A stretch of 64,000 bases of DNA from Calditrichia bacterium (lineage in GTDB: Bacteria > Calditrichota > Calditrichia > JAJRVZ01): the NCBI GenBank assembly GCA_963796965.1, contig CAWCNS010000006.1, positions 224,001 to 288,000 on the forward strand, read 5' to 3'. Both the position numbers and the translations under genes were made by a program. Shown here piece after piece: positions 31,748-41,290 of this stretch. Position 1 is the first letter of the stretch, and every line of letters begins with the position of its first letter. The notes beneath the pieces are model-generated. The model was given only the letters and a program-made list of their open reading frames with translations. It had not been told where the DNA came from and did no database searches.

Positions 31748-32308
31748 ATGAATAAATTTAAATTTTTCATCACTCTAATTTTAGTAAGTTTTGCTTTTCA
31801 TCCAAACTTTGCTGTAAGCAAAGTTGTAAATTCCGTTGGCTTAGGAATTGGTGTTTGTCTACCCCAGGGTGGTTGGGATCCCGGATATACCATTATAGCT
31901 CAGGCTGATTTTGGTGAGGCAATTAAATATGTCTATATTTCCCCTTATCTTAGCTATTCCAATGCAATAAAATCAGAAGAGATTAACCAAAATGCTGAAG
32001 AGATGTCTATTCAATACTTAGGTATTGGCGCAAAACTGGTTGGATATTTAAACTCAAAACCTAAGGGATTTTATTTAGGTGGAGCAATAAGTTACAATAT
32101 CATTTCATATGACACCATTAAATGGACAGAGATTCCTGAAAACACCTACATACTCAATGAAAGTACCAACCGCATTGGATTTACAGGATTGGCTGGATAT
32201 CTTTTTCTGTTAAAAAAGATATCAATATTTGTAGAGATTGATTATATGTTAACCACCGGCGGGCTAAATAATCTGACGGCCACAACAGGTGTGAATATAA
32301 ATCTGTAA
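31748..32308 (+). CDS. Small outer-membrane beta-barrel protein, paralog of the upstream gene
   Basis: GGGGAG RBS, signal peptide; ADFGE and KGFYLGGAISYN match ADLGE and KGLYFGGGLSIN upstream. Confidence 0.7.
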   Translation: MNKFKFFITLILVSFAFHPNFAVSKVVNSVGLGIGVCLPQGGWDPGYTIIAQADFGEAIKYVYISPYLSYSNAIKSEEINQNAEEMSIQYLGIGAKLVGYLNSKPKGFYLGGAISYNIISYDTIKWTEIPENTYILNESTNRIGFTGLAGYLFLLKKISIFVEIDYMLTTGGLNNLTATTGVNINL

Positions 32309-32349
32309 CTTCAAATTAGGAAATATTATTAAAAGTTAAGGGATAAGAG

Positions 32350-33162
32350 TTGGATATATTAAAAGTAATTATTTTGGGAATTGTACAAGGATTAACTGAA
32401 TTTCTTCCTGTTTCCAGTTCAGGCCATCTCGTATTAGCTGCAGAATTTTTAAATTTTCATGAAGAGGGTGTTGCCTTTGAAGTATTTGTACATCTGGGCA
32501 CACTTCTTTCTGTATTGATTGCATTTCGCGCGGATGTTTTTAAGATGATTCTTGCCCCTTTTCAATTAATATTCAAAAAGGGCAATAGTATTGAAGCAAA
32601 AAAATACTTAATGTGGGATTTATATATTATCATCGGTACAATCCCTGCAGCCATTATTGGCTTATTATTTAAGTCAAAAATTGAAGAGGCTTTTTCTAAC
32701 ATTCTTCTGGTTATCATCATGTTAGCGATAACTGGTACGATTCTCTTAATATCAAGATATGAACCGCGAAAGAGTGAAGATCTATCACCACTTAAAAGTA
32801 TACTTATAGGAACTGCACAGGCATTTGCTATATTGCCCGGTATTTCCCGCAGTGGATCTACTATTGTAACAGGACTGTTCCTGGGGTTAGACCGAGAAAC
32901 ATCTGCCAAATTTTCATTTCTATTAGCAATTCCTGCCATCCTTGGTGCCAGTGTGATTAAATTAAACGACCTTCTTTCTGTCGGAGGAAGTCAGATTCCT
33001 ATAAGTTACTTAGTTATTGGTGCTCTTGCGGCATTTGCTTCCGGATATATGGCTATATTCTGGCTACTCAATATTGTAAAACGTGGAAAACTTGAGTGGT
33101 TTGCTTTTTATTGTTTTTTTGTCGTTATTATTTCTTCAGTCTGGTACATCTGGTTCAATTAA
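32350..33162 (+). CDS. uppP: Undecaprenyl-diphosphate phosphatase
   Basis: GIVQGLTEFLPVSSSGHL, PGISRSG, FSFLLAIP. Confidence 0.95.
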   Translation: MDILKVIILGIVQGLTEFLPVSSSGHLVLAAEFLNFHEEGVAFEVFVHLGTLLSVLIAFRADVFKMILAPFQLIFKKGNSIEAKKYLMWDLYIIIGTIPAAIIGLLFKSKIEEAFSNILLVIIMLAITGTILLISRYEPRKSEDLSPLKSILIGTAQAFAILPGISRSGSTIVTGLFLGLDRETSAKFSFLLAIPAILGASVIKLNDLLSVGGSQIPISYLVIGALAAFASGYMAIFWLLNIVKRGKLEWFAFYCFFVVIISSVWYIWFN

Positions 33163-33301
33163 AATCCGTTTCAATCCTATTTTTAATCATTGTTTTATCA
33201 AAATCCCTTAATAAACTTTTTAATGGGTGTTGTGTAATTATACTTTTATGGCTCTCTGGAACCCCAAATATTAATGATAAATCAATCTCAAAGGTCCTTT
33301 A

Positions 33302-34750
33302 ATGAATCAGAAACAAGATTTCTTTTCTTCGAGATGGACATTCCTATTAGCAGCCTTAGGGATGGCCATTGGGGCTGGTAATATATGGCGTTTTCCCCGT
33401 CTTGCCGGTCAGTATGGTGGTTCTTTTCTCATCCCTTGGATGATTTTTTTGTTTATATGGTCAATTCCTTTAATTGTTATTGAATTCTCTTTAGGAAAAA
33501 AATTTCGATTAGGCGTTATCGGTGTATTTAGTCGGGGACTTGGAAGGTCCTATACCTGGATGGGATGGTTTGTTGCCCTCTGTACGACATTTATTATGTT
33601 TTACTATTCGGTTGTTTGTGGTTGGAGTTTAAAATATTTTATGCTCAGTATAAGTGGAGGGCTCTCTGATCTTAAGCATGTAGAATTTTGGAATACATAT
33701 ACGACATCAGGTTATGAACCCGTTATCTATCATATTCTTGCAATTTTAATTGGCTCAGGCATTATTTTTTGGGGTATTAAACATGGCATCGAGATAGCCG
33801 TAAAAATATTAGTTCCACTTTTATTCGTTTTGATCACAATTGCAGCAATTGGTGCCATTTCACTGCCTGGATCAGGTAAGGGACTCTCCTATTTATTTCG
33901 GATCCGGATCGATGATTTATTAAATTATAAAGTATGGCTAGAAGCCCTTTCACAATCAGCCTGGTCGACAGGTGCCGGATGGGGATTAATTCTAACCTAT
34001 TCAAACTATGTTAAAAAGAAAGAAAAATCTACGTATAATGCCATTATCACTGGAATCGGAAACAATCTCGCCTCAATGTTATGTGCATTAGCGATTATTC
34101 CAACCGTTTTTGCTTTGACTTCTACAGTTGAAGAAGCGAATCTTGTACTTCAGGCCGGTAACCAGGGATTAACATTCATTTTTCTCCCCCAACTATTTAC
34201 AAAAATACCTGGTGGCTATTTTATAACGCCTCTTTTCTTTTTTGCATTGTTTATTGCCGCAATTTCGAGTCTGATCTCGATGCTTGAACTCGCCGTGCGT
34301 ATCATAATGGACTATGGTTGGACCAGATCTCAGTCTGTAATTCTTATTGGAACTATAGCGATTATTGCCGGTATTCCATCGGCTATATCGCTTAAAATCT
34401 TCAATAATCAGGACTGGGTATGGGGCCTGGGATTAATTTTGTCAGGTTTTTTCTTTATCTTTTTTGCAATAAAGACAAAAGTTGAAAATTATGTGATGCT
34501 ATATCTGGGTTCAGAATTTAATAATTTACTTAAAAATATCTGGCTATTAAGAATACTCATACTTACAATGCTCATCGAGTTTTTACTGATGATGATTTGG
34601 TGGTTTTTCCAATCCATGGTCTGGAATCCAACAACATGGTGGAATCCATTTTATGAGTACACCATTGGTACTTGTTTGTTTCAATGGATTATAGTAATCT
34701 TGGCAGGCCTGATATTCAATCGTAAAATATCCAATCTAAAGAACTCATAG
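33302..34750 (+). CDS. Sodium-dependent transporter, NSS/SNF family
   Basis: GMAIGAGNIWRFP, YYSVVCGW, many TM helices. Confidence 0.9.
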   Translation: MNQKQDFFSSRWTFLLAALGMAIGAGNIWRFPRLAGQYGGSFLIPWMIFLFIWSIPLIVIEFSLGKKFRLGVIGVFSRGLGRSYTWMGWFVALCTTFIMFYYSVVCGWSLKYFMLSISGGLSDLKHVEFWNTYTTSGYEPVIYHILAILIGSGIIFWGIKHGIEIAVKILVPLLFVLITIAAIGAISLPGSGKGLSYLFRIRIDDLLNYKVWLEALSQSAWSTGAGWGLILTYSNYVKKKEKSTYNAIITGIGNNLASMLCALAIIPTVFALTSTVEEANLVLQAGNQGLTFIFLPQLFTKIPGGYFITPLFFFALFIAAISSLISMLELAVRIIMDYGWTRSQSVILIGTIAIIAGIPSAISLKIFNNQDWVWGLGLILSGFFFIFFAIKTKVENYVMLYLGSEFNNLLKNIWLLRILILTMLIEFLLMMIWWFFQSMVWNPTTWWNPFYEYTIGTCLFQWIIVILAGLIFNRKISNLKNS

Positions 34751-34781
34751 TATAGAAAGCGGTTTTGAAAGAAAGTGTGTT

Positions 34782-35793
34782 ATGAGTGAACATTCTGTGG
34801 TATCGTTTAAAAAATATCTTGAAAAGCCCTTAAGTGAAAATCTTATTGTGATTTATGGCGAAGAGCGTTTTTTTTACGATCAAATTCTTGATGCCATAGA
34901 GAAGGCTGCCTTTACAAATAAGGCGGATAAAGAATTAAACTTTCACTTATTTTATGGTACAGAGATAACATTATCAGAACTATTAAATACGTGTTTATCT
35001 TATCCCATGTTGTCTGATAGGAAATTAGTAATTGTCAAGGAGTTTGACAAATTACAAATCACGGATCAGGAAAGTTTTCTTAAATACCTTGCAAACCCAC
35101 AGACTACGACAACACTTGTTCTTGTCGCTGAGCGATTAAATCGCGCCAAGGTTTATACAGAAATTCTCCGCAAGGCTATAGTCTGTAAAATGCAAAAAAT
35201 TGAACGAGACAGATATTTTTCAGTGGACAGTGGCCAAGTTGAAAGAATCAAATTTACAAGCCGATAAAGAAAGTATTACATTTTTAGTTGAAAATATAGG
35301 TACTAATTTATTACGTTTAAATCTTGAAATTGAAAAAGTGAAAAGTTTCTTAAAAAGCGGACAGTCTCTGACATTAGAGCTGGTTTCGCAAATTACCGGT
35401 TTTACAAGAGAAGTGAATATTTTTAATTTCCAGAAGGTTCTTGCTGGAAAAGATCTAAAAGCCAGTTTAAAAATTGGATCTCACTTATTGGAACAAGGGG
35501 AGGTGTTAGCTGGTATGCTTCCCGCAATATTTACTTTTTTTAGAAGGATGTGGGCTGTCAGTGAACTTCAGCAAAAAAATTATACCCAGAGTCAAATTCT
35601 GGAGATGCTTCAGGGTCATCCCTATGCCTACAAAGAGATCTTTGCCCATGTTAATAAATTTGATAAACTGCATATTGAATTAATATTCAGTAAATTGCTT
35701 GAGGCAGAGATACAATTAAAAACCTCACAGAAATCTCCGGAATCAATTTTAACAATTTTATGTTATTATATATGTAATTATCAAAAAAATTAG
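34782..35793 (+). CDS. holA: DNA polymerase III delta subunit; indel near 35187
   Basis: YGEERFF, YPMLSDRKLVIVK, LEIEK, NIFNF, QLKTS. Confidence 0.85.
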
Positions 35794-35801
35794 TTTTTTT
35801 A

Positions 35802-35826
35802 GGAACAAAAGAAACTTTAATCTGTT
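35802..35826 (+). promoter_or_regulatory. Candidate ECF-sigma promoter (autoregulatory)
   Basis: GGAAC-N17-GTT, 18 nt upstream of the ECF sigma ATG. Confidence 0.45.
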
Positions 35827-35844
35827 TAAAAAAACGTTGGAAAG

Positions 35845-36477
35845 ATGACAACTTTGAAGAATGATGATGTTTCAAGTCGCGCACAATCAACGAATCAACC
35901 TACTGACGAAGAACTTATTGCCCGGTTTCAGAATGGAGATGCTTACGCCTTTGATTTGCTCGTAAAAAGATACAAGGATCCTTTGTTAAACTTTATTTAT
36001 CGCTTTATTGGTGATTTGGTAGAGGCTGAGGATATCGTTCAGGAAACATTTTATCGCGTTTATAAAAATAAACATTATTATAAGGAAGTTGCAAAATTTT
36101 CAACATGGATTTATACTATTGCTGGAAATTTAGCCAAAACTGAACTACGAAGAAGAAAAAGGCGAAAAGTTTTTTCTATTCATAAGGAAACAGCAATTGA
36201 TAAAGAACTTGAACTTCCTGATTTAAAAAGTGATCCTGAAAAGGAAGCAAATACAATCGTTACTGAAAAATTAATTCAAAAGGCGATTGGGAGTTTGCCT
36301 CAAAAATTTAGACAAGTGATTGTTTTAAGAGATATTCAAGGTTTCTCTTACGAAGAAATTAGCACAATTATAAAGGTTCCGCTTGGAACTGTTAAATCGA
36401 GAGTAAATCGCGCACGTTTAAAATTGCAGGAAGATCTGGATTTCTTACTTGATGATCTGGAGCACCTGTCCGCATAA
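35845..36477 (+). CDS. ECF RNA polymerase sigma factor (RpoE-like)
   Basis: AEDIVQETF, FSTWIYTIA.N, SYEEI...PLGTVKSRVNRAR. Confidence 0.93.
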   Translation: MTTLKNDDVSSRAQSTNQPTDEELIARFQNGDAYAFDLLVKRYKDPLLNFIYRFIGDLVEAEDIVQETFYRVYKNKHYYKEVAKFSTWIYTIAGNLAKTELRRRKRRKVFSIHKETAIDKELELPDLKSDPEKEANTIVTEKLIQKAIGSLPQKFRQVIVLRDIQGFSYEEISTIIKVPLGTVKSRVNRARLKLQEDLDFLLDDLEHLSA

Positions 36478-36489
36478 GAGGAGTTTGCC

Positions 36490-37030
36490 TATGGGCGAAT
36501 GTGACCGTTTTAAAAATTACATATCTGATTATCTGGACAATACACTTGATCCTACGACACATAATGAATTTGAAAAAGCATTAAAAAGTTCAGCAGATTT
36601 ACAGAGAATGACGAACAAGGTATCCAGTTTGAGATCAAGTCTTAAGAATCTCTCCTATCAAACCTGTTCTGATGATTTTTCATTAAAACTACGCGAACGA
36701 ATTCATACCGAACCTGAACCGATAGTCTCCCGGAAAAATATGGTTCGATTGTCATTCGCTTTTTCTTTTGTAATAATAATTGCTTTCGCGACATTTAGCC
36801 TGACTAATCTTTTAAATTCTACCGGTAGTGAGACACCTGTTCAGAAGACTTCTGATTATCAGGATCAGTCAACTCCCAGTCCTGCTTCAAGCACAAAGAA
36901 TCCAGTTATTAAAGATGGTGAGGTGGAAATTAATACTAAGAATTCACAGGAAGCTTTGCTGGATTCAAGTAGAACAAAACCAACTAGAAACCCGGATTCG
37001 CGAAGGCAACAAGTAGATCAAGAGAAATAA
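36490..37030 (+). CDS. Membrane anti-sigma factor (zf-HC2-like N-terminus lacking HxxxCxxC)
   Basis: C..F...ISDYLD..L...FE, single TM helix, low-complexity tail; directly after the ECF sigma. Confidence 0.7.
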
Positions 37031-37155
37031 AAAGTTTGGCTAATTCATCATACTGATACCTTGATTGAATTGAAGAAATTTATTCTTTAAATTGCATAAA
37101 TATTTTTTCTGGTTTATAATTCTCCAAAACAATCTTACCTTTTCCGGAAAAATAC

Positions 37156-38361
37156 ATGCAAAGAATAATCATCATTGTGTTGCTCTGCCTGCTTGGAATT
37201 TTTGTCCATCCCTTCGATCCCGGTCTAATGGATTTTTTTTACCGCTTTATTGTCTACTCAATCATCGTTTATTTGGTCTACATTACATTTCAACGACAGC
37301 AAAAGGATGAGGATCTAGATGAACAGCCTATTCAAGAGGTTCATTTGCATGATCGGGATCCGTTGGAATTGTCAGGCGACTGGGAGTTAGAAACCTTAAT
37401 TAAAGGGGATGGCAGAACCAAGGATTTCTTAAAGGACCAATTTGATATTATGGTCAATCTTGTATTTCCGGACAATGGCTGGGTTTTTCATAAAGAAAAC
37501 AATGAAATATCATTAATTCACTTTAAAAACCTCACAGATCTTCAATTCGACACTATTAACTCCAGATATCCAATCTCCGGGTTAATTCAAATCCTGGATG
37601 AGAAAAATGATCTTGTTATTGAAAACAATCTGGACAAGTCTGAAAACCTTTTAGCGTATTACATAGATAGTGAATATACCGCAGGATCCTTTATGGGACT
37701 TCCGGTTATCTTGCCAAATAATGAAAAACTTTTTATTGTATTCGATTCTGTCCACCCAAATCATTTTAATATCGATGATTCATCAATGTTTAATAGAATT
37801 TCCCGTAATACCAGCATCTGGCTTCAAAACCGGATTAAAGCCTATACGTTACTATCCGAAATTCAATTAAATAAAAAAATGCTTGAGTTCACCCGGAAAT
37901 TGAATGCCAGCAACACAATCTCAGCTGCTATCGAACAAATGGCATTTTTGATTAGTGATGAATTTGAGGCAAGTCGGCTCTGTATTTCGCTTAAAAAGAA
38001 AGAAATGGACCAAGCAAGCATAAAAAAAGTCGTAGGGCAGTTAGATGAATTTGTAGAAGACACTGTTTTTCCACTTGATGAAGGAATAACAGGTTGGGTT
38101 ATTAGCAAAAACAAACCCTATCTCATCGATGATATGGAGAAGGGAGAATATTTCATTCCACGATATAACAAAAATGAAAAATCAAATCATGGTCTGCGAT
38201 CTTTTCTTGGAATTCCAATTGAGGCTGGTGAACAGGTTATGGGGGCTGTGACTTTAGAACATCGTTCAGCGAGCAAATACGGAGAACCAGAGAAGAAAAA
38301 ATTGTATCAATTTGTGAACCTTCTTGCAACAACTTTTTTACGTTCGACCAGCAGAAATTAA
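37156..38361 (+). CDS. Membrane-anchored tandem GAF-domain protein
   Basis: Two N-terminal TM helices; SFMGLPV and GITGWV...SFLGIPI...GAVTLEH; no output domain. Confidence 0.75.
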   Translation: MQRIIIIVLLCLLGIFVHPFDPGLMDFFYRFIVYSIIVYLVYITFQRQQKDEDLDEQPIQEVHLHDRDPLELSGDWELETLIKGDGRTKDFLKDQFDIMVNLVFPDNGWVFHKENNEISLIHFKNLTDLQFDTINSRYPISGLIQILDEKNDLVIENNLDKSENLLAYYIDSEYTAGSFMGLPVILPNNEKLFIVFDSVHPNHFNIDDSSMFNRISRNTSIWLQNRIKAYTLLSEIQLNKKMLEFTRKLNASNTISAAIEQMAFLISDEFEASRLCISLKKKEMDQASIKKVVGQLDEFVEDTVFPLDEGITGWVISKNKPYLIDDMEKGEYFIPRYNKNEKSNHGLRSFLGIPIEAGEQVMGAVTLEHRSASKYGEPEKKKLYQFVNLLATTFLRSTSRN

Positions 38362-38386
38362 TCTTTTATCTGGTTTACTCCCCAAG

Positions 38387-38866
38387 TTATAACTTATCTT
38401 TAATTTCGATAAAATCCGGATTTAGATCTTTATCAGTAAGATCTAAAATGGCAACTGTCCCATATTTTCTACCCCTAGGTTTAACAGCACTTCCAGGATT
38501 GATATATTTTATATCTCTGAAAAATTCATGGGAAGTGACATGGGTATGTCCGGAAATAACAATATCAACCTCAATGTTCTTTTTAAATAGTTGAAAACTA
38601 AAATATTTTGGTTTTATAATATCATGGATAAGGCAAATACGTTGTCCGTCTAATTCTGTAACGAGCATATCCTTATAATTCACGACTATTGGCCAGGTAT
38701 CAACATTTCCGTAGACCGCTTGTACTGGGGCTATGATTTCCAAACCTTGTATAACATCCTGATTCCCTATATCACCAGCATGAAATATTTGATCAACACC
38801 TTTGAAGATATCAAAGATCGATCCGGGTAAAGTGCCATGTGTATCTGAAATTATTCCTATTTTCAT
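38387..38866 (-). CDS. Metallophosphoesterase, YfcE/MJ0936 family
   Basis: ISDTHG, HAGDIG, GNVD, GHTH, NPGS. Confidence 0.9.
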   Translation of the reverse strand: MKIGIISDTHGTLPGSIFDIFKGVDQIFHAGDIGNQDVIQGLEIIAPVQAVYGNVDTWPIVVNYKDMLVTELDGQRICLIHDIIKPKYFSFQLFKKNIEVDIVISGHTHVTSHEFFRDIKYINPGSAVKPRGRKYGTVAILDLTDKDLNPDFIEIKDKL

Positions 38867-38896
38867 ATGCGAAATTACAAATGTCTTCTTTTTAAA

Positions 38897-39050
38897 TAAA
38901 GAGAAAAGGGCCCATCGCGCAGATTAAATTTGTCAAGGACTAAGGGGCTTGGGGATAACCCTGATCAAATCTCTTATTTACGCTCTGAGCCCTCAGGAGA
39001 GTAGAAGGTAGGCTTCTTTATGTTATGTCATCTTTTAACTGCGCTCCTTT
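38897..39050 (-). ncRNA. Candidate structured RNA (sRNA or attenuator) ending in a long hairpin plus U tract
   Basis: Minus-strand rod GGGCTCA...TGGGCCC (38992-38908) with inner pairings, C-rich loop CCCCAAGCCCC and a TTTTCTCTTT tail. Confidence 0.45.
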
Positions 39051-39118
39051 ATAGATAAGAATAAATATACCTAAACTTACTTGCAGCATTATAACGACAT
39101 ATATAATATCTATTAGAT

Positions 39119-39505
39119 TCATTGCTTTACGTGTAAGCTCCTGAATAAAGTCCAACGGTCAATAAAATGTCTCAAATGTTTTATCTTATAAGGTTCTTGC
39201 ATTAACTCTATTAATGCATCACCAGAGAAATTATTTATACTCAGAGAATCATTATTTTCATCAGAGATATAAATAACAGGTGTCTTTGCTCCAACAGGAT
39301 TTGTTCTCAACTGGTTCAACATTATATCACCGGGTTTCTTGGTGAAATTTTTATTCATAACGATAACTGCCGGTTTATATGTCTGGACTTTCTTTACAAA
39401 ATTAACACTGTCTGTTAATGTAATAACTTTAAATTTATATACATTTAGCAAATCTTCGATAACTTTTGCTTTATCAGGATTCTCTTCGCAAATCATTACT
39501 TTCAT
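39119..39505 (-). CDS. Atypical single-domain receiver (pseudo-receiver)
   Basis: AAGGAG RBS; REC pattern KVMICEE...KPAVIVMN...TPVIYIS...MQEPY. Confidence 0.75.
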   Translation of the reverse strand: MKVMICEENPDKAKVIEDLLNVYKFKVITLTDSVNFVKKVQTYKPAVIVMNKNFTKKPGDIMLNQLRTNPVGAKTPVIYISDENNDSLSINNFSGDALIELMQEPYKIKHLRHFIDRWTLFRSLHVKQ

Positions 39506-39524
39506 CGATTCTCCTTCTATATAA

Positions 39525-39740
39525 TTAAGAATAAACAACGTCCTTATGAATAACTCTGGCTCTAACAGCAGAGACCACTATCTGAGGAAGGTCCTCCAAT
39601 AATTCATCCATAGATTTCCGGTAAACAGTGAGAGCATCACCATCCGAAAAAGTCACTTTTAGGTTGAAATAGGTACCACCAGACTCATCTGAAACGGAAT
39701 TAATATCCAATTGACTATTTAATATGCTCTCCACGTCCAT
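39525..39740 (-). CDS. Small hypothetical protein (71 aa)
   Basis: AAGGA RBS; first ORF after the sigma54 promoter. Confidence 0.65.
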   Translation of the reverse strand: MDVESILNSQLDINSVSDESGGTYFNLKVTFSDGDALTVYRKSMDELLEDLPQIVVSAVRARVIHKDVVYS

Positions 39741-39775
39741 AGATCCTTCCAATTAAAAGTTTAATTAATAGATTG

Positions 39776-39790
39776 GCAAAGACCGCGCCA
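39776..39790 (-). promoter_or_regulatory. Sigma54 -24/-12 promoter
   Basis: TGGCGCG-GTCT-TTGC (GG-N10-GC). Confidence 0.75.
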
Positions 39791-39880
39791 AAACCATAAC
39801 TTTAATAATATCAATGGGTTGTGGTTTGTTTTTCGTAAGGCGTTGATTTTAAACGGCTTGCGGGTTTTGGAAGATTGATG

Positions 39881-39929
39881 GATTGTATTTTATACAATCG
39901 CCATGTTTTATGATTGTATTATTTACAAT
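39881..39929. promoter_or_regulatory. Two tandem palindromic upstream activating sequences
   Basis: GATTGTAT-ttt-ATACAATC (39881-39899) and ATTGTA-ttatt-TACAAT (39913-39929). Confidence 0.7.
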
Positions 39930-39946
39930 TGCAGGGAAGTTAATTT

Positions 39947-41290
39947 TCAGAGTTTATTTTGCAGAGTTCGGTAATTTATATTGAGGAATTGGCAGGCTTC
40001 TTTTTTGTTTCCATTAAAATAGTCCAGAATCATCTGGGCATAGCGTCTTGAGATATCATCAAGGGTTAAATGCTGGTCTAAAGCTTCTTGTAAAAAGGAG
40101 TTGTTGCTTTTATTTAGTTCATTTGGCAAATCGGCCAGAGTTAAGGAACGACTATTGAGCACCAACATTCTTTTAAGTGTATTATCCAGTTGGCGGATAT
40201 TGCCCTCCCAATTACTTCGTGACAAGTGCGTGATTAGGGCGCCATCAATCCTGGGAATAGGTAAATGGTTTTCCTGGCAATATTTATGTGTAAAAAAATC
40301 AATCAAGGCTGGAATATCATCAGGACGCTCCCGAAGAGGTGGTATATGAATCGGTATTACATTTAAACGATAATACAGATCCTCCCGGAAACTTTTACCG
40401 AGAACCTCATTTACCAAGTCCTTATTTGTTGCAGCGATTAACCGGAAGTTAACTTTAATTTCCTTAGCCCCACCTAACCGATATAATTTCTTTTCTTGTA
40501 AAATTCGTAATAATTTTGCCTGTAAGGATACAGGAATATCTCCGATTTCATCAAGAAACAAGGTTCCGCTTGAGGCAAGTTCAATCTTTCCCAACTTCAA
40601 GTCCGTTGCTCCTGTAAAGGCTCCTTTTTCATGACCAAACAATTCATTTTCAAGTAAATTTTCAGGCATTGCGGCACAATTTATTGCAATAAATGGTCCT
40701 TTCTGCCGTTTACTTCGCTCATGCAGATGTTGGGCAATGACTTCTTTTCCAACACCGGATTCTCCAGTAATCAAAACCGACTCCATACTACCTTTTATCT
40801 TTTCAACCAGAGCCAATATATTATGCATTGGCTTACTTACTGCAATAATGTTATCAAAATTAAAAACCCGGTCAAGTTTCTGTCGCAACTTCCGGTTTTC
40901 TCTCTGAAGACCTCGCATTTTTAAAGCGCGCTTCACCAAAAAAGGTAATTCATCCTTGATATTTTCACCTTTAAAGAAATAGGAAATCGCCCCTCTCTCT
41001 TGTGCTTCTAATGCATGTTTATGATCTTTTGATGAGGTTATAACAATAACCATGACATCAGCACTCTTCATCATGAAGTTGTCCAATAATTCAAGTCCCT
41101 GATCAATTTCAGGCAACCCCAAATCGAGAATGACAAGATCAGGTAAATGCGAGTCAAATGTTATAGCTGCATTGACCGCATCTGCAGAATCAACATAATC
41201 ATAAGTCTCACCCAGCCATTTTTTGTATTTTTCCCGCCAGACCAGGCTGTCTTCTACTATTAATATTTTATTTTTATATCTTGGCATCAT
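39947..41290 (-). CDS. Sigma54-dependent response regulator (NtrC/PrsR-like)
   Basis: LIVED, ILDLGLP, GESGVGKE, ELFGHEKGAFTGA, LFLDEIG, WEGNIRQL, C-terminal HTH. Confidence 0.93.
   Translation of the reverse strand: MMPRYKNKILIVEDSLVWREKYKKWLGETYDYVDSADAVNAAITFDSHLPDLVILDLGLPEIDQGLELLDNFMMKSADVMVIVITSSKDHKHALEAQERGAISYFFKGENIKDELPFLVKRALKMRGLQRENRKLRQKLDRVFNFDNIIAVSKPMHNILALVEKIKGSMESVLITGESGVGKEVIAQHLHERSKRQKGPFIAINCAAMPENLLENELFGHEKGAFTGATDLKLGKIELASSGTLFLDEIGDIPVSLQAKLLRILQEKKLYRLGGAKEIKVNFRLIAATNKDLVNEVLGKSFREDLYYRLNVIPIHIPPLRERPDDIPALIDFFTHKYCQENHLPIPRIDGALITHLSRSNWEGNIRQLDNTLKRMLVLNSRSLTLADLPNELNKSNNSFLQEALDQHLTLDDISRRYAQMILDYFNGNKKEACQFLNINYRTLQNKL

Noticed and set aside
38361..38387. 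Switch from mostly plus-strand to mostly minus-strand genes as a replication terminus
   Set aside because: No dif site was found and orientation is mixed again after 55 kb; a genome-wide skew would be needed.
38947..38969. GCTTGGGGATAACCCTGA resembles minus-strand GCTTGTGGGATGGGAACCCTGA near 6245-6267
   Set aside because: A short gapped match, on opposite strands relative to the two terminators; it cannot be separated from chance.
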